A stretch of DNA of 63,577 nucleotides, filler included, from Octopus bimaculoides (taxonomy: Eukaryota), in the NCBI RefSeq assembly GCF_001194135.2. It is 7 parts of 6 records of this genome, joined end to end, with 100 filler letters (N's around TTAATTAATTAA, not from the genome) between each part and the next. Parts side by side here need not be neighbours in the genome. Positions count along the whole stretch, not along the records: positions 1 to 29,189 come from NC_068986.1; 6 more parts are not named here. One strand, given 5' to 3'. Position 1 is the stretch's first letter, and every line of letters begins with the position of its first letter. Below are positions 13,850 to 27,273 of this stretch, piece after piece. The translations under genes were made by a program, and so were the position numbers. The notes beneath the pieces are model-generated. The model saw only the letters and a list, made by a program, of their open reading frames with translations. It had not been told where the DNA came from and searched no databases.

Positions 13850-14400
13850 AGAGAGAGGAAGTGAAAGAGAGCGATAGAGAAAGAGTGAGAGAGGAGGAGA
13901 ATGAAAGAAAGAAAGAACGAAAGAAAGAAAGAACGAAAGAAAGAAAGAACGAAAGAAAGAAAGAAAATGTATATTCTTCAAATTTTCGCAATAATAGCTC
14001 CACAAATTATTTGAAAATAAGCGAAAGGAATTAATGAAATGCAGAGATAACAGCGGAAGCAACAGCAACAACAGCAGCAGCATCAGCAGCAGCAAAAATA
14101 ACAAGAACAACAACAACAACAACACCAGCAGCATGAGCAGGAACAACAACAACGACAGAGACAGAAGCAATAATAACAGCATCAACATCAGAAAAAATGA
14201 CGGCAATAGTGACAACGCTAGTATACAACGTCCATTTTGGTAGCATAATCAACTGCAAAATACATCAAGTAGCAACAAAACACTGGCAGCAATTTAACAT
14301 GATCAACAAAAACATCATCAATAACAAACAAACAAACAAACGCAGTAAACAACAAACAATAAAATATCGACAGGAGTAAGCTTTAACAGCAACAAAATCA
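13850..14400. repeat. Compound (GAAA)n, (CAG)n, (AAC)n low-complexity tract
   Basis: Directly visible. Confidence 0.9.
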
Positions 14401-14422
14401 GCAGTAGTAAAGCAGTCATTTA

Positions 14423-16038
14423 TCCTGTTAGAAATAGCAGCCAATAGCAGAAATGCGGTGAACTGGCAGAAGCGATAGCACGCCGGGAGAAATGCTTAGC
14501 GATATTTCGTCTGCTGCTACGTTCTGAGTTCAAATTTGCTGAGGTAGACTTTGCCTTTCATCCTTTCGGAGTCGATAAATTAAGTACCAGTTACGCACTG
14601 GGGTCGATGTAATCGACTTAATTCCTTTGTCTGTCCTTGTTTGTCCCCTCTATGTTTAGCCCCTTGTGGGCAATAAAGAAATAAGAAATAGCAGCCAAAT
14701 GTGCCTTCATTCTCACTCTGGTGATTTCAGAAAGGAAGGAGGTCAAATTAACATGGTAAGAAAACCTCAAGCGAGCTGAACATCAGAAGGTCTTCAGAGA
14801 AGATACGCTCGCTGAAGCAAGCGTTTCTGTCCTTAACTTTCTACTCTCTAAATGGGCCGGGCCGCATCCAGCTTACAACTTCTGAGTACCCTTCTACTGA
14901 CAGTGTTTAGCCACTTGAATATCGAAGACTTATGCATTTAAACCGCTTGGCGATTTCATCTACTTGTAGCTCCTCTCCGCTGACCCAGCTTTCAAATTTA
15001 AGATGAAATATCCTTGGTTGTAACTTTTTACTCCATAGGCGTCTCTGATAGAAATAACAGTCAAATTTGCCTTTAATTGCACTCTGCTGTTTTCGCAAAG
15101 GAAGGAGAGCACACTGGACAATATAGTTCTAGATACACTACGTCTGAAGCAAAGACGGAGAGATCACGTCTGGACAATTTTTTATTATAAGTTTGCGTGA
15201 TCAGGACTGACCCAGTGTTAAAGAATAAAAAAGATAGTGACAGCTAAAACAACAACAACAACCACAACGGCAACGACAGAAGCAACAACGACAGCCAGCA
15301 GCGAAAATGGTAGAATATGATATATTTAGCTCTGACTTTCAAATTTGTTACATTTGAGTAGCTAATTACTTAATTACATGGTGGTCTTCAAGAATATATT
15401 TAAGTAGTGAAGGCTATAGATAAGGCTTATATCCGAGAGCTAACAGACAAAATCATGCTGATGTTTTTTTAATCGTTGTTGTTTTAATTCTAAAGCCGAT
15501 CTATATCATGTAGATGGACGGTTGCTCTACTGTTATGCAACCGGCACAAGCGTAATGAACCACCGAAAGGGTCTTTATGAAGTTGACTGTTGTGTTAGAA
15601 ATATAAGCTAAATCACACTCTACAAACTTGTGAAAGGAAAGCCACACTGAAAATTTTAGTCTGGAATACACTGTTTTTTGCTAGAATAAAGAAAACAAGA
15701 AAGAGATTGTTACAACTGTTATGTCTTTGCCTGGTCATAGATCTGATCAATCAGGGCCAGATCTGGGCGAAACAACAACGGCAGAAACAAAACAAGAGCT
15801 GTAGCAGATGCAAAAAGCAAAGCCCACGAATACCAGTGTTCGAGATAAACCGAGTTTTAGGCCAATAATGGAGCTTCTAAGTGTTGGATCAGCCTGCTAT
15901 AAATGACAGTGAAATAACCCATAAATCAAAAGGTCACCATCTTTTCCCAAAAGCAGAAAGGTAAAAGACAGAACTCTCACAGTTAACATAAATTTGATCA
16001 TAGTTCTGCTCGGTCAGAATTGACCCGGGGCTAAACAA
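14423..16038 (-). repeat. Cluster of about four decayed copies of an older interspersed repeat (family E)
   Basis: Recurring AGAAATAGCAGCCAAAT-like and ..GATCAG.GC..ACC.GGGGCTAAA-like blocks near 14423-14760, 14980-15175, 15585-15780 and 15893-16038. Related pieces at 2833-2900, 12680-12750, 24590-24920 and 35612-35850. Confidence 0.6.
14455..14683 (+). mobile_element. Full-length SINE A1 inserted in a family E repeat
   Basis: 15-bp TSD AGAAATAGCAGCCAA at 14430-14444 and 14684-14698. Confidence 0.93.
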
Positions 16039-16440
16039 CTCAAGCTATTTGTCATACATCTTCGCTCATTTGAAGATCATGTAGTACAAATTCTTGAATA
16101 GCGTTTCTCGTATCGGATACAGTACATACAGAAGACTTCAGGCTGAATGGTTACAAACTTCACTTCATAATGATGAGGTCATGGCTTTGTTGCCACGCAT
16201 CTATAGCCACGATTCCCCTCAAATCATGTAGGTGCAACCGGATGGACGAAAACTGTAGGGATACCCGTCCAATAAAATGACCTAGTGATTCAAAGCCTTC
16301 GCGTTCACTGTTACATTAAGAGATTTGCGTTAAAAGGAAAGACTAAATTTTAAGGTGGGTTCAGTTCCAGGATGGACCCTTCGTATGTCGTTATAATATA
16401 ATTGAAACAGTCTTTGTGAAGCAAACATGATTTGTGCTCA

Positions 16441-16670
16441 AGGTACAAGGCCAGCACTTTTTAAGGGTGGGATTAGTCGATGCCATAAAATCCAGGACTC
16501 AGACTGCTATTTTAAATAGACTGGTTCTTTAATCCACCCGAAAGGATTAAATGTAACGTTGACCGCGACCTAAATTGAATTCAGAATGTAATGAGCCAAA
16601 ACATTAAAAAAAAAAAGAAAAATCGTAAAGTATTTTTATGACGCTCTAGTGTTTTGTCAGCTAGCCACCC
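16441..16670 (-). mobile_element. Decayed SINE A2
   Basis: ACAAGGCCAGCA tail, CCCGAAAGGAT..AATTCAGAA body and GCTAGCCACC head remnants. Confidence 0.65.
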
Positions 16671-16997
16671 TTATCAAAACAATAATGGCAAAGAAAGAAA
16701 CCATTAAAGGACTCCTAGTACAAGGAGCGAAACACCTTACACAACAACGGCGAACTTCTTAGAGAGTGCTCAGTTCCCGAAAATGTAACATTTAAGACCA
16801 GAACTATTGTATCTGGTTGTATCTATCGCAAGCAAGACCAGAACATCAATAAAAGAATAAAAATGACAATTACATTCGGAAATTAAGTAATGATGCAAAT
16901 ATTGACGGGGATGTGTATACTTTCTTCGATTCGTATCCGTTTCTTCACGTCAGAGATCCAAAGTCATGCTTCTGAAAATATTACACAAATTATTATA

Positions 16998-17359
16998 GGC
17001 GTAGGAGTGGCTGTGTGGTAAGTAGCTTGCTTACGAACCACATGGTTCCGGGTTCAGTCCCACTGCGTGGCATCTTGGGCAACTGTCTTCTACTATAGCC
17101 TCGGGCCGACCAAAGCCTTGTGAGTGGATTTGGTTGACGGAAATTGATAGGAGCTTTATGTATGTGCGTGTGTATGCTTGTGTGTTTGTGTTTGTCCTCC
17201 AACATCGCTTGACAACCGATGCTGGTTTGTTTACGTCCCCGTAACTTAGCGGTTCGGCAAAAGAGACGGATAGAATAAGTACTAGGTTTACAAAGAATAA
17301 GTCCCGGTGTCGATTTGCTCGACTAAAGGCGGTGCTCCAGCATGGCCACAGTCAAATGA
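16998..17359 (+). mobile_element. SINE family C, near full-length (3' end runs into a gap)
   Basis: Head GGCGTAGGAGTGGCTGTGTGG with B box GGTTCAGTCCC; homologous to 9667-10180, 50381-50746 and 57354-58108. Confidence 0.92.
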
Positions 17360-18204
17360 NNNNNNNNNNNNNNNNNNNNNNNNNNNNNNNNNNNNNNNNN
17401 NNNNNNNNNNNNNNNNNNNNNNNNNNNNNNNNNNNNNNNNNNNNNNNNNNNNNNNNNNNNNNNNNNNNNNNNNNNNNNNNNNNNNNNNNNNNNNNNNNNN
17501 NNNNNNNNNNNNNNNNNNNNNNNNNNNNNNNNNNNNNNNNNNNNNNNNNNNNNNNNNNNNNNNNNNNNNNNNNNNNNNNNNNNNNNNNNNNNNNNNNNNN
17601 NNNNNNNNNNNNNNNNNNNNNNNNNNNNNNNNNNNNNNNNNNNNNNNNNNNNNNNNNNNNNNNNNNNNNNNNNNNNNNNNNNNNNNNNNNNNNNNNNNNN
17701 NNNNNNNNNNNNNNNNNNNNNNNNNNNNNNNNNNNNNNNNNNNNNNNNNNNNNNNNNNNNNNNNNNNNNNNNNNNNNNNNNNNNNNNNNNNNNNNNNNNN
17801 NNNNNNNNNNNNNNNNNNNNNNNNNNNNNNNNNNNNNNNNNNNNNNNNNNNNNNNNNNNNNNNNNNNNNNNNNNNNNNNNNNNNNNNNNNNNNNNNNNNN
17901 NNATGGATGGACGGACGGAAGGATGGATGGAAGGATCGATTGATCGATAGTTAGATAGATACAAAGGAAAATAAGTTCATCACATGAGAAGTAAACACAT
18001 ATAAAGTTCAAAATACACTCGGACACTCGGAGAAGATTTATTTATTTCTTGCATTCTTTGTCGCTATGTTTTTCTCTTTTCTTTCTATCTACTTCGACTC
18101 ATTCTTGAACTTTCCTTTCGTTTTCTCCACCACCCCTTGTCTTTATATATATATATATATATATATATGTATTCCTCTTCTTTTCTCGTAAGGTTTCTTT
18201 CTTA

Positions 18205-18397
18205 TTCCTGTCCGCTTGGCTAATGCTGAACGGCATTTCGTCTGACAATACGTTCGGAGTTCATATGTCTCCGGTGTCGACTTTGCTTTTCATCCTTTCA
18301 CAGTCGATATAATATGTACCAGCTGACAACTGGGGTTCATGAAACCGACTTGCCCTGTACCCTTAAATTGCTGGCCTTGTGCCAAAAATACGAAACT
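18205..18397 (+). mobile_element. Decayed SINE A2
   Basis: GTCGACTTTGCTTTTCATCCTTTC body and GCTGGCCTTGTGCCAAAA tail. Confidence 0.8.
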
Positions 18398-18413
18398 AAT
18401 ATTTCTACGCTTA

Positions 18414-18574
18414 AAGCGGCTATCTGGCAGAATCGTTACCTCACCTCACCGGGTAAAATGTTTAGCAGCCATTTTACATTTCGGGGAAGGATAAAATAAG
18501 TACTATTTGAGAACTGGGGTCGAAAATGCTACACCCGAAATTGCTAGCTTGGTGCCTCAATTTAAAATCGGCAT
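18414..18574 (+). mobile_element. Internally deleted SINE A2 inserted at the tail of the previous copy
   Basis: 14-bp TSD TATTTCTACGCTTA at 18400-18413 and 18575-18588. Confidence 0.8.
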
Positions 18575-18736
18575 TATTTCTACGCTTATAGTCAAATAAT
18601 ATCTTAAATATTATATTCTAAGTGTCACGTTGTTGTCATTAGAAACCCAATGGAAGCTTTAGGCGAATTGAGAAGCGGTAGCGCATAACTTTGATTAAAG
18701 ACGTAGCATAACCTCAGTTTTAATTGCTTTTACATA

Positions 18737-18802
<66 letters not shown>

Positions 18803-19157
18803 NNNNNNNNNNNNNNNNNNNNNNNNNNNNNNNNNNNNNNNNNNNNNNNNNNNNNNNNNNNNNNNNNNNNNNNNNNNNNNNNNNNNNNNNNNNNNNNNNN
18901 NNNNNNNNNNNNNNNNNNNNNNNNNNNNNNNNNNNNNNNNNNNNNNNNNNNNNNNNNNNNNNNNNNNNNNNNNNNNNNNNNNNNNNNNNNNNNNNNNNNN
19001 NNNNNNNNNNNNNNNNNNNNNNNNNNNNNNNNNNNNNNNNNNNNNNNNNNNNNNNNNNNNNNNNNNNNNNNNNNNNNNNNNNNNNNNNNNNNNNNNNNNN
19101 CAACACCATTCACCATTCCTAACTAATCCCCCCCAAAAAAGATAAAAATCATTATTA

Positions 19158-19222
<65 letters not shown>

Positions 19223-19247
19223 AACAACAACAACAACGACAATAAGG

Positions 19248-19310
<63 letters not shown>

Positions 19311-19916
19311 TGAAGGAAATACTATGAACAATAATCCAAACGAAAATAAAAAAACCCATACCAAAACAACAACAACAACAACAACAACAATAATAGCGAA
19401 CGAAACTACTACGACCACTAGCTAAACGAATTCTGATAAATAGCTTCTGTCGTCGTAGTTTTTGCCGTCCACTTTCGAACAGAAGCAGAAAGCAAACAAC
19501 GTCAGTTTGTTTACAATACAATATAGACATACCATTACACACTGCCAGCATTCTGTCAATGTTACCCAGCCGCCATTACTCAATCACATACAAACTTATA
19601 CAACCCAACACGCCGTTCAAACAGCCAAGAATATTTCTGTCTTTTCTCCAATTTCTTTCATATTTCTTCTTATTATTCACTTTGTATTCCTTGTTTTCCA
19701 TTTTCCATTCTCTGTGCGCTGTTTATCTCCTTCTTTCTGTCATTCGTCGTTTTATTTTCTTTCTCTGTTCATATATTTTGCTAGTCCGTTTGTTTTTACA
19801 CTCCTACTTTTCGCATATACTAGTTTATTTTCGCCTTCCTATCCTCCGCTCTCCCCCCTCTCTCTCTCTCTTTCTCTCCTTCTCTCTCTCTTCCTCTTTA
19901 TATATGTATGTAAGTG

Positions 19917-19969
<53 letters not shown>

Positions 19970-19975
19970 ATGTAA

Positions 19976-20015
<40 letters not shown>

Positions 20016-20245
20016 CATCAATCATAAACACATGCACATAAATACAAATATACACACACACACACACATATATACATATGTAAGTATGTATGTATGTGCG
20101 TGTGTGTATATACATACGCACACATGTGTATGTGAGTCTGCGTGTATATTAGATAAACACACACGTATATAAATATATAGAGATTCATATCTATCTATCT
20201 ATCTATCTATATATCTATCTGTCTACATATATATATATATATATG

Positions 20246-20327
<82 letters not shown>

Positions 20328-21140
20328 TATATATCCATATCCATATATGCAATATAAGAATAAATGTAGTATATATGTGGACATAAATGCGTAAGACAAT
20401 GCGAGCGAAAAGGTCGTAACAGGTACAATCCATCTTCAGGGATTTTATAAAGTTGCCATTTACCTAAATTTACACAGAAGGCATGTGTTGGTTCGAACAA
20501 ATTATAATCAAACAAGAAGTGGAGTTGAACCCGGGACAGCATGTTTCTGTGCTTGTGAAGCGAACTATTTCACCCAACAACCAACCCGAATCTGCTATAT
20601 GGTATACATAATATAATAGATAGATAGATACGTGGGTAGATAAAAAAGATAAGTATACAGAAATGAAGTAGGTTGTTACATAAATAGCATATATAGATAT
20701 TGTATTTGTATATTATGTGAACAAACAGATGTATGACTGCTACTGTTAAGGTTAAAGCCCTACGTTCATTATCATTGTCCAGTCTGCTTCCAGTATAGTG
20801 GCTAAACAACTTTTATAGTAGTATTATGATATAGTATTAATACTAGTCATGAAATACTAGAGATTAGTTTTCTGTAACATAATGCAATAATGTCTTCTCA
20901 GATGATCCATTCTGTTTAAACATCCAAATGCACTTGGAACATCTAGTGCAGAGTTCCAAGCAACGATAACGGTGGAACGTACGTATGAACTCAACATATA
21001 AACTTGTGTTGATCGTATTTTCTCCTTATCTTGTATATTACTATTCTATATGGTCAATACAATGACACATGAGGAACTCTTTTTATGAGTGCTACCGGAT
21101 TACTTGAATCTATATATTGTGTATGTATGTCTGTCATACC

Positions 21141-21180
21141 GGCCATGACGAAGGGAACTAGCCCTGAAACTCGAGTCGCC
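21141..21180 (+). ncRNA. Minimal type I hammerhead ribozyme relic (Penelope-like style)
   Basis: GGC-C[A]TGACGA-AGGG/aactag/CCCT-GAAAC-tcga-GTC-GCC. Stems I, II and III all pair, loop III is palindromic, and there is one extra A in the core. Confidence 0.7.
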
Positions 21181-21645
21181 TTTATATATTTATATTTATA
21201 TATTTATATATTTGATCCTTTATATTGAACACTCAATATTTCATCTACATTCAATGCTTTCTTTCATGGTGCCATCCATTTTTATTTTATTTTATTTTAT
21301 ATTATATATTGTATATTATATTATATATTGTATATTCCATATTCTATACCCCACATTGGTTCTGCAGGAATATAAATAAAACGTAAAAAACAGACAGTGT
21401 TGGAACTCTTTTAAAGAAANNNNNNNNNNNNNNNNNNNNNNNNNNNNNNNNNNNNNNNNNNNNNNNNNNNNNNNNNNNNNNNNNNNNNNNNNNNNNNNNN
21501 NNNNNNNNNNNNNNNNNNNNNNNNNNNNNNNNNNNNNNNNNNNNNNNNNNNNNNNNNNNNNNNNNNNNNNNNNNNNNNNNNNNNNNNNNNNNNNNNNNNN
21601 NNNNNNNNNNNNNNNNNNNATATGTATATGTATATGTATATATAT

Positions 21646-21708
<63 letters not shown>

Positions 21709-21711
<3 letters not shown>

Positions 21712-21830
21712 TCTCTTTTACACTTTTACTTCTTTCAGTCATTTGACTGCGGTCATGCTGAGGCACCGCCTTTAGTCGGGCAAATCGACCCCAACACTTA
21801 TTCTTTGTAAGCCTAGTATTTATTCTATCG
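21709..21830 (-). mobile_element. SINE family C 3' fragment
   Basis: TTCAGTCATTTGACTGCGGTCATGCTG..GCACCGCCTTTAGTCG matches the tail of 16998-17359. Confidence 0.85.
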
Positions 21831-21997
21831 TGACACACAGATATACGTGTGTGTGTGTTTATGTTGGGATATATTAATGTATGCTCTCTAACATACGATC
21901 GCGCAAGACTCCCAGCAATCGAAGAGAGTCGCAAACCAGCAATCTGAAATTTCTGAAAGACACACGTATATACTTACGTTTTTATACAAATGTGTGT

Positions 21998-22298
21998 TTC
22001 AGTTGATCTGATCAACGGAACAGCTATCACGTGAAATGTTTAACGTGCAAATGGTTGAACTCTCCGCAAACACGTTTACCCAAGACGTAGTTTTTTGGGG
22101 GAGATTCAGCGCGACACAAAATGTGAAAAAGCTGGCGTCTTTGACTTACAGGGTACAACTCGTTTTGGCCAGCTGAGTCGGTTGGATGAACATGAAATAA
22201 AGTGTCTTGTCTAAGGGCACAACGCGCTGACGCGACTCAAGCGCACGACATTACTACCGTGAGCTGAACGTTCTAAACACTAAGCTACGCGCCTTCAC
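21998..22298 (-). mobile_element. SINE family D
   Basis: Reverse complement of the family D head (GCGCCTTCAC at 22289-22298) and of the shared B/D 3' half. Confidence 0.85.
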
Positions 22299-22318
22299 AT
22301 TTTTATAGATATATTATA

Positions 22319-22701
22319 TTGTTGGCACTCCGTCGCCTACGACGACGAGGGTTCCAGTTGATCCGATCAATGGAACAGCCTGCTCGTAAAATTAACGTAC
22401 AAGTGGCTGAGCACTCCACAGACACGTGTACCCTTAACGTAGTTCTCGGGGATATTCAGCATGACACAGTGTGACAAGGCTCACCCTTTGAATTACAAGT
22501 ATAACAGAAACAGGAAGTAAGAGTGAGAGAAAGTTTTGGTGAAAGAGTACAGCAGGGTTCACCACCATCCCCTGAAGGAGCCTCGTGGAGCTTTATGTGT
22601 TTTTGCTCAATAAACTCTCACAACGCCCGGTCTGGGAATCGAAACCGCGATCCTATGACTGCGAGTCCGCTGCCCTAACCACTGGGCCATTGCGCCTCCA
22701 C
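22319..22701 (-). mobile_element. Full-length SINE family B
   Basis: Inverted copy of 8424-8800; 12-bp TSD AGATATATTATA at 22307-22318 and 22703-22714. Confidence 0.93.
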
Positions 22702-22784
22702 AAGATATATTATACACACATACACAAACATACACATGCACACATACACACACATATACACACATACATACTCGTGAGCTGGCA

Positions 22785-23016
22785 AGGCGGTGAGCTGGCA
22801 GAAACGTTAGCACGCCGGGCGAAGTGCTTAGCGGTATTCCGCCTACCGCTACGTTCTGAGTTCAAATTCCGCCGAGGTCGACTTTGCCTTTCATACTTTC
22901 GGGGTCGATTAAATAAGTACCAGTTATGCACTGGGATCGATATAATCGACTTAATCCGTTTGTCTGTCTTTGTTTGTCCCCTCTATGTGTAACCTCTTGT
23001 GGGTAGTAAAGAAATA
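22785..23016 (+). mobile_element. Full-length SINE A1
   Basis: 16-bp TSD CACACATACA(T/A)ACTCG at 22759-22774 and 23018-23033; head stutter TGAGCTGGCAA at 22775-22785. Confidence 0.93.
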
Positions 23017-23469
23017 ACACACATACAAACTCGCACACATGCACACACATACATACACATACACTATGTGTAGAGACATACGTAGATTGTTAGTGTGTAT
23101 ACACTAACAATCACACCAAGTCGTAATTATACTCGCACACACACACACACACAAACAATAGATATCAACAAACATCATCATAGTTCCAACACGCAAAAAC
23201 GCATCAATCAGAAATACAAAATACACACATATACATACACATACAAGCACTTCCATACACACAAACACACACACACGCACACACACACTCACACATATTC
23301 ACACTCACACACACACATACATATCTAGATTATCACTTAACAACAATTCCTAAAAAGCAACTATGTGCAATGTCCACAAACACACCAGCATCCAAACATA
23401 CCGTCTATTAATATAACCATATATAATATATACACACCTACAAAAAAATAAAACCCATCATTTTCTTTC

Positions 23470-23623
23470 TAAAAATTTTTGCCTATATTTCTCATCTCTT
23501 TGTCTCATATCCCTCCACCCCCACCTCACATATACATCCACTTCTTTTCTTTCTCTCCCTCCTCTCGCTTTTTTTATCCACTCATCTATATTATTCTTCT
23601 CCTCTCCACTTCCTTGTTCTCTT

Positions 23624-23668
<45 letters not shown>

Positions 23669-24240
23669 CTTTACTTATCCATCGTCCAATCTCTGGTATA
23701 TTTCTGTTCTTTCTCTACACACTCTCTCTCTTACTTTACTTGCTTTCCCTCTCTCACTTTACTTATTTTTTCTTTCTCTTTATTTAATTTCTCTCCCCTC
23801 CCCCTCTCTCTATCAATCTATCTATCTATCTATCTATCTTGCATACATTTTGGCTCTCTCTCTCTCTCTAACTTCTCTCTTTTTCTAAACCCCTCTCTCT
23901 CTAACTATCTCTTTCTCTCTCTCTCTCTCTCTGTAACTCTCTCTCTCTCTCTGTAACTCTCTGTCTCTTTGCTTACTTTTTTCACAATCCCTTTCAGTCT
24001 ATCTCTCCCCTCTTTATTTCTCTCTCTATTTTCAAATCTCCATTTTCTCCTTCCTCTTGCCAATTACTCACTCTGTCTCTCTTCCTTTCTTGCTTTCTCT
24101 TTCTCTATCTGTCTCTGTCTCCGTGTCTGTCTCTCTTTCGTTTTCTCTCTCACTCTCTCCTTCCCTCTCTCTTTTTCTCACTCTAACCGTCTCTCATTTC
24201 CGTTGTATTTCCTTTTCTTCAGTATTTTCTTCTAGCCTGT
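23470..24240. repeat. CT-rich low-complexity and (CT)n tract
   Basis: Directly visible polypyrimidine field. Confidence 0.9.
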
Positions 24241-26062
24241 TCCACACAAATAACCGTATGTTTTTCAATCTATATTGGCAAGAGTTTCATGTAGCGCCTG
24301 GGTGGCTCACAATTAACAAACAACACATTTTATTTCATTGTTTTTTATTGTTTGTTTTCTTTCTCACTCTCTCTACCCATTCATTCAACGATAAGAAAAA
24401 AATCTCGAAAACTTGGCTTGCCTTTGGCTTGGTGCGTCTTGCTATCTCTTCATACAGGATCATAAAATGGATTGGCGGTGTTGAGTTGCCAATATTGCAG
24501 ATGTCAGTATGACTTCTGATGCCATCATCCACACCCATTCATCTGGCTAACTCTCTATTTAAAGAGTTTATAGAGAAAGCTTCTGAGTGACCTCTCAACC
24601 GTCTAGAAATAGCAGTCAAAAATTCATCGTATAAAACACTCGTTCTGTCATAAAATTCAAGGAGGATGTGACAGTCAAGGTTGTACAAAAACCATGGAAT
24701 CTTCAATGCCATTACTTTTTGAACAGGCATCTGATTGATTAGGTTTAATTTAAGGCTTCTATGGGGTTAATCAACAAAAAAGAAACACCTGTGTGGTAAT
24801 CCGGCTTGCAAGAGATGGTAGCCTAATTATCCTCAAATTACACTGCTGATGTCTCGAAAAAGACGTAAACATTGTGGTCATTTAGTTGAGTAGATTTTGA
24901 AAACACTATATTCTGAAATGTCTATTCTTCCGCTGCACGGTTTTTAGCTACTTATTTTTAACGTATGCAAATTCAGCTGCTCGATATATTTTAGTCTTAT
25001 TCTGATTAATTTATCCTGCAGCATGAAAAGCTTCAATCTTTCTTGTTCATTTATAAAACTGCATTGCGCTGGACCCTTTAGCACTTCACCTGTCAACTGT
25101 ACAAACCTATCAATAGAGATTCTTTTCTACTACAGGTTTCTCATTTTCATTGCTGCTATCTTCCCTTTTTCCTTTCTCGAGATTGACAATCATCTGCTGC
25201 CTATTTCTGAGCCAATATTGTGATGAACAGTAGCTACAGAGTCATCTACAGTGTTCTATTCTACAAGATTGTCTTCATTCATTTTCGATGCAAAATTATT
25301 GACAACAGGATTAGTCAGATCATGAGCCAAAGAAAGTAGATCCTGTATAACCTAATTTTCTTTGGAAACCTTACATTCTAAAGTCATTTCCAGCGTCTTC
25401 GTGACATAGACATTAAAACTGATCACAATTAATGACTTCAGTTTTTAGTGAGGAACCATATAAAGATTTAAGGGAAAGGGCTTTGTAATTGTCGAATTAA
25501 TGAGGTTGCGCGAGTGGTAGAAAAAGAACATATATTTTCGAGTATGAGGAGCAATATGAAAAATAAGTATTCTCTGTTGTGATTTGGTGAAGGAGACCCA
25601 ATGTCCTCTTGATTCTGAACCAGGTCTGATACTATTTTGGATGTTTTCCACATCTTGTTCACATGACAAATCACTAGAAATTGCCTTACGGTTCAAGATC
25701 CATAATCTTCGTCGATAATCAGTAAGTTACACTGGTGAGTTACATATGCAGTTCTACATCTCTTCAGTTGTACTTCAAATTTTGTAACCCTGCTTTTCGA
25801 AATGTAACCTCAATTAGGGCGATGAGTGACGGTCTGGGATTCTTGTCATATACATGTACTAAATAACTTTATTTCTAGAGAGTGACAGTCAACGCAGTGG
25901 TCTATTTAAAAATATTGAAGCACTCCATACTTGTCATATGTCAGGCATTTTATTGATACGGATTTTCAGTCCCATTTGGTTCTCTGACTCTCATATAAAC
26001 CAGCATTCCGACCAGATAACTCACTTAAGCTGAGTTAGAGACAGACAGACAGACAGACAGAC

Positions 26063-26144
<82 letters not shown>

Positions 26145-27056
26145 TGAGAGAGAGAGAAATTAAAGTGAAACAACCTTACCAAATAATTGTGGATGTTAGG
26201 ATTTCAAAACAATATTATGAAATCCCTTGCTTGCGTTTTATATATCAATACAATGTTTTCGAATATGTTGACCTACACAGAAGAATTTCCACGGGTCCCG
26301 CTAGTAATAATTATTTTTATATATTCATAAAATTGAGTCAGGACCAAACTGAACATTGCCACGCACCATATCCGACTGTGAGACACTCTCATTCTAACCA
26401 CTGTGCCAGTTCCATTTGAAGTTGTTGAGACAAAATGAGCTACGGAGTACCTAAATGGCTTGTATATAATTTCAAACCACAGCGTTTATATTTCAAATCC
26501 CATGAAGTATAACTGATTCGTTCAGCCATAAAACGTTTCTGAATTAAGAGTTGGGATCAATCCCATCGAATATATTTCTCATCATATATTTGTTGATTTA
26601 TACCAATATAAGAAAGTGTGACGAAGAGAGAAGCGGCGAAGATATTTAAGAAGATTGGAAAGACTTTAGTACGAAATTATTGAATAACGACAACAAAAGG
26701 GTTCAACAAGAGAGATTCATGGTGTAGCCTTTTATCTTCTCCAAGGTCTTACAACATCAGTACAGCGGGTCAAACCAATCGATTATACCTTTCTCTAATA
26801 AATTTAAACGATCTTTATAAACGATCAATTGTCAAAATTGAATTGTTTCAGGAGAGTGGCTCGGTTGGTGAGGAAACGCGAATACAATGGTTGATGCAGA
26901 GGTGCACACAGTTCAAAGATGGAGAGGCGATGTAGAATGTTTTTTTTTTTATACGGAGAACAAGCACCTAAAATTGATGGCATAAAACAAACGAGTTAAC
27001 ATGAACCGTGACAGCATGTACGCATGTAACATTTTTCAGGCTGTAAATCATTAGTC

Positions 27057-27133
<77 letters not shown>

Positions 27134-27144
27134 TATTATTACGA

Positions 27145-27236
27145 AGGCGGCGAGCTAGCAGAATGGTTAGCATGCCGGACAAAATGCTTAGCGGTATCTC
27201 GCTCTTCGCTACGTTCTGAGTTCAAATTTCACCTAC
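27145..27236 (+). mobile_element. SINE family A, 5' head only
   Basis: AGGCGGCGAGCTAGCAGAATGGTTAGCA..GAGTTCAAATT, directly after a (TTA)n tract. Confidence 0.85.
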
Positions 27237-27239
27237 ATC

Positions 27240-27273
<34 letters not shown>

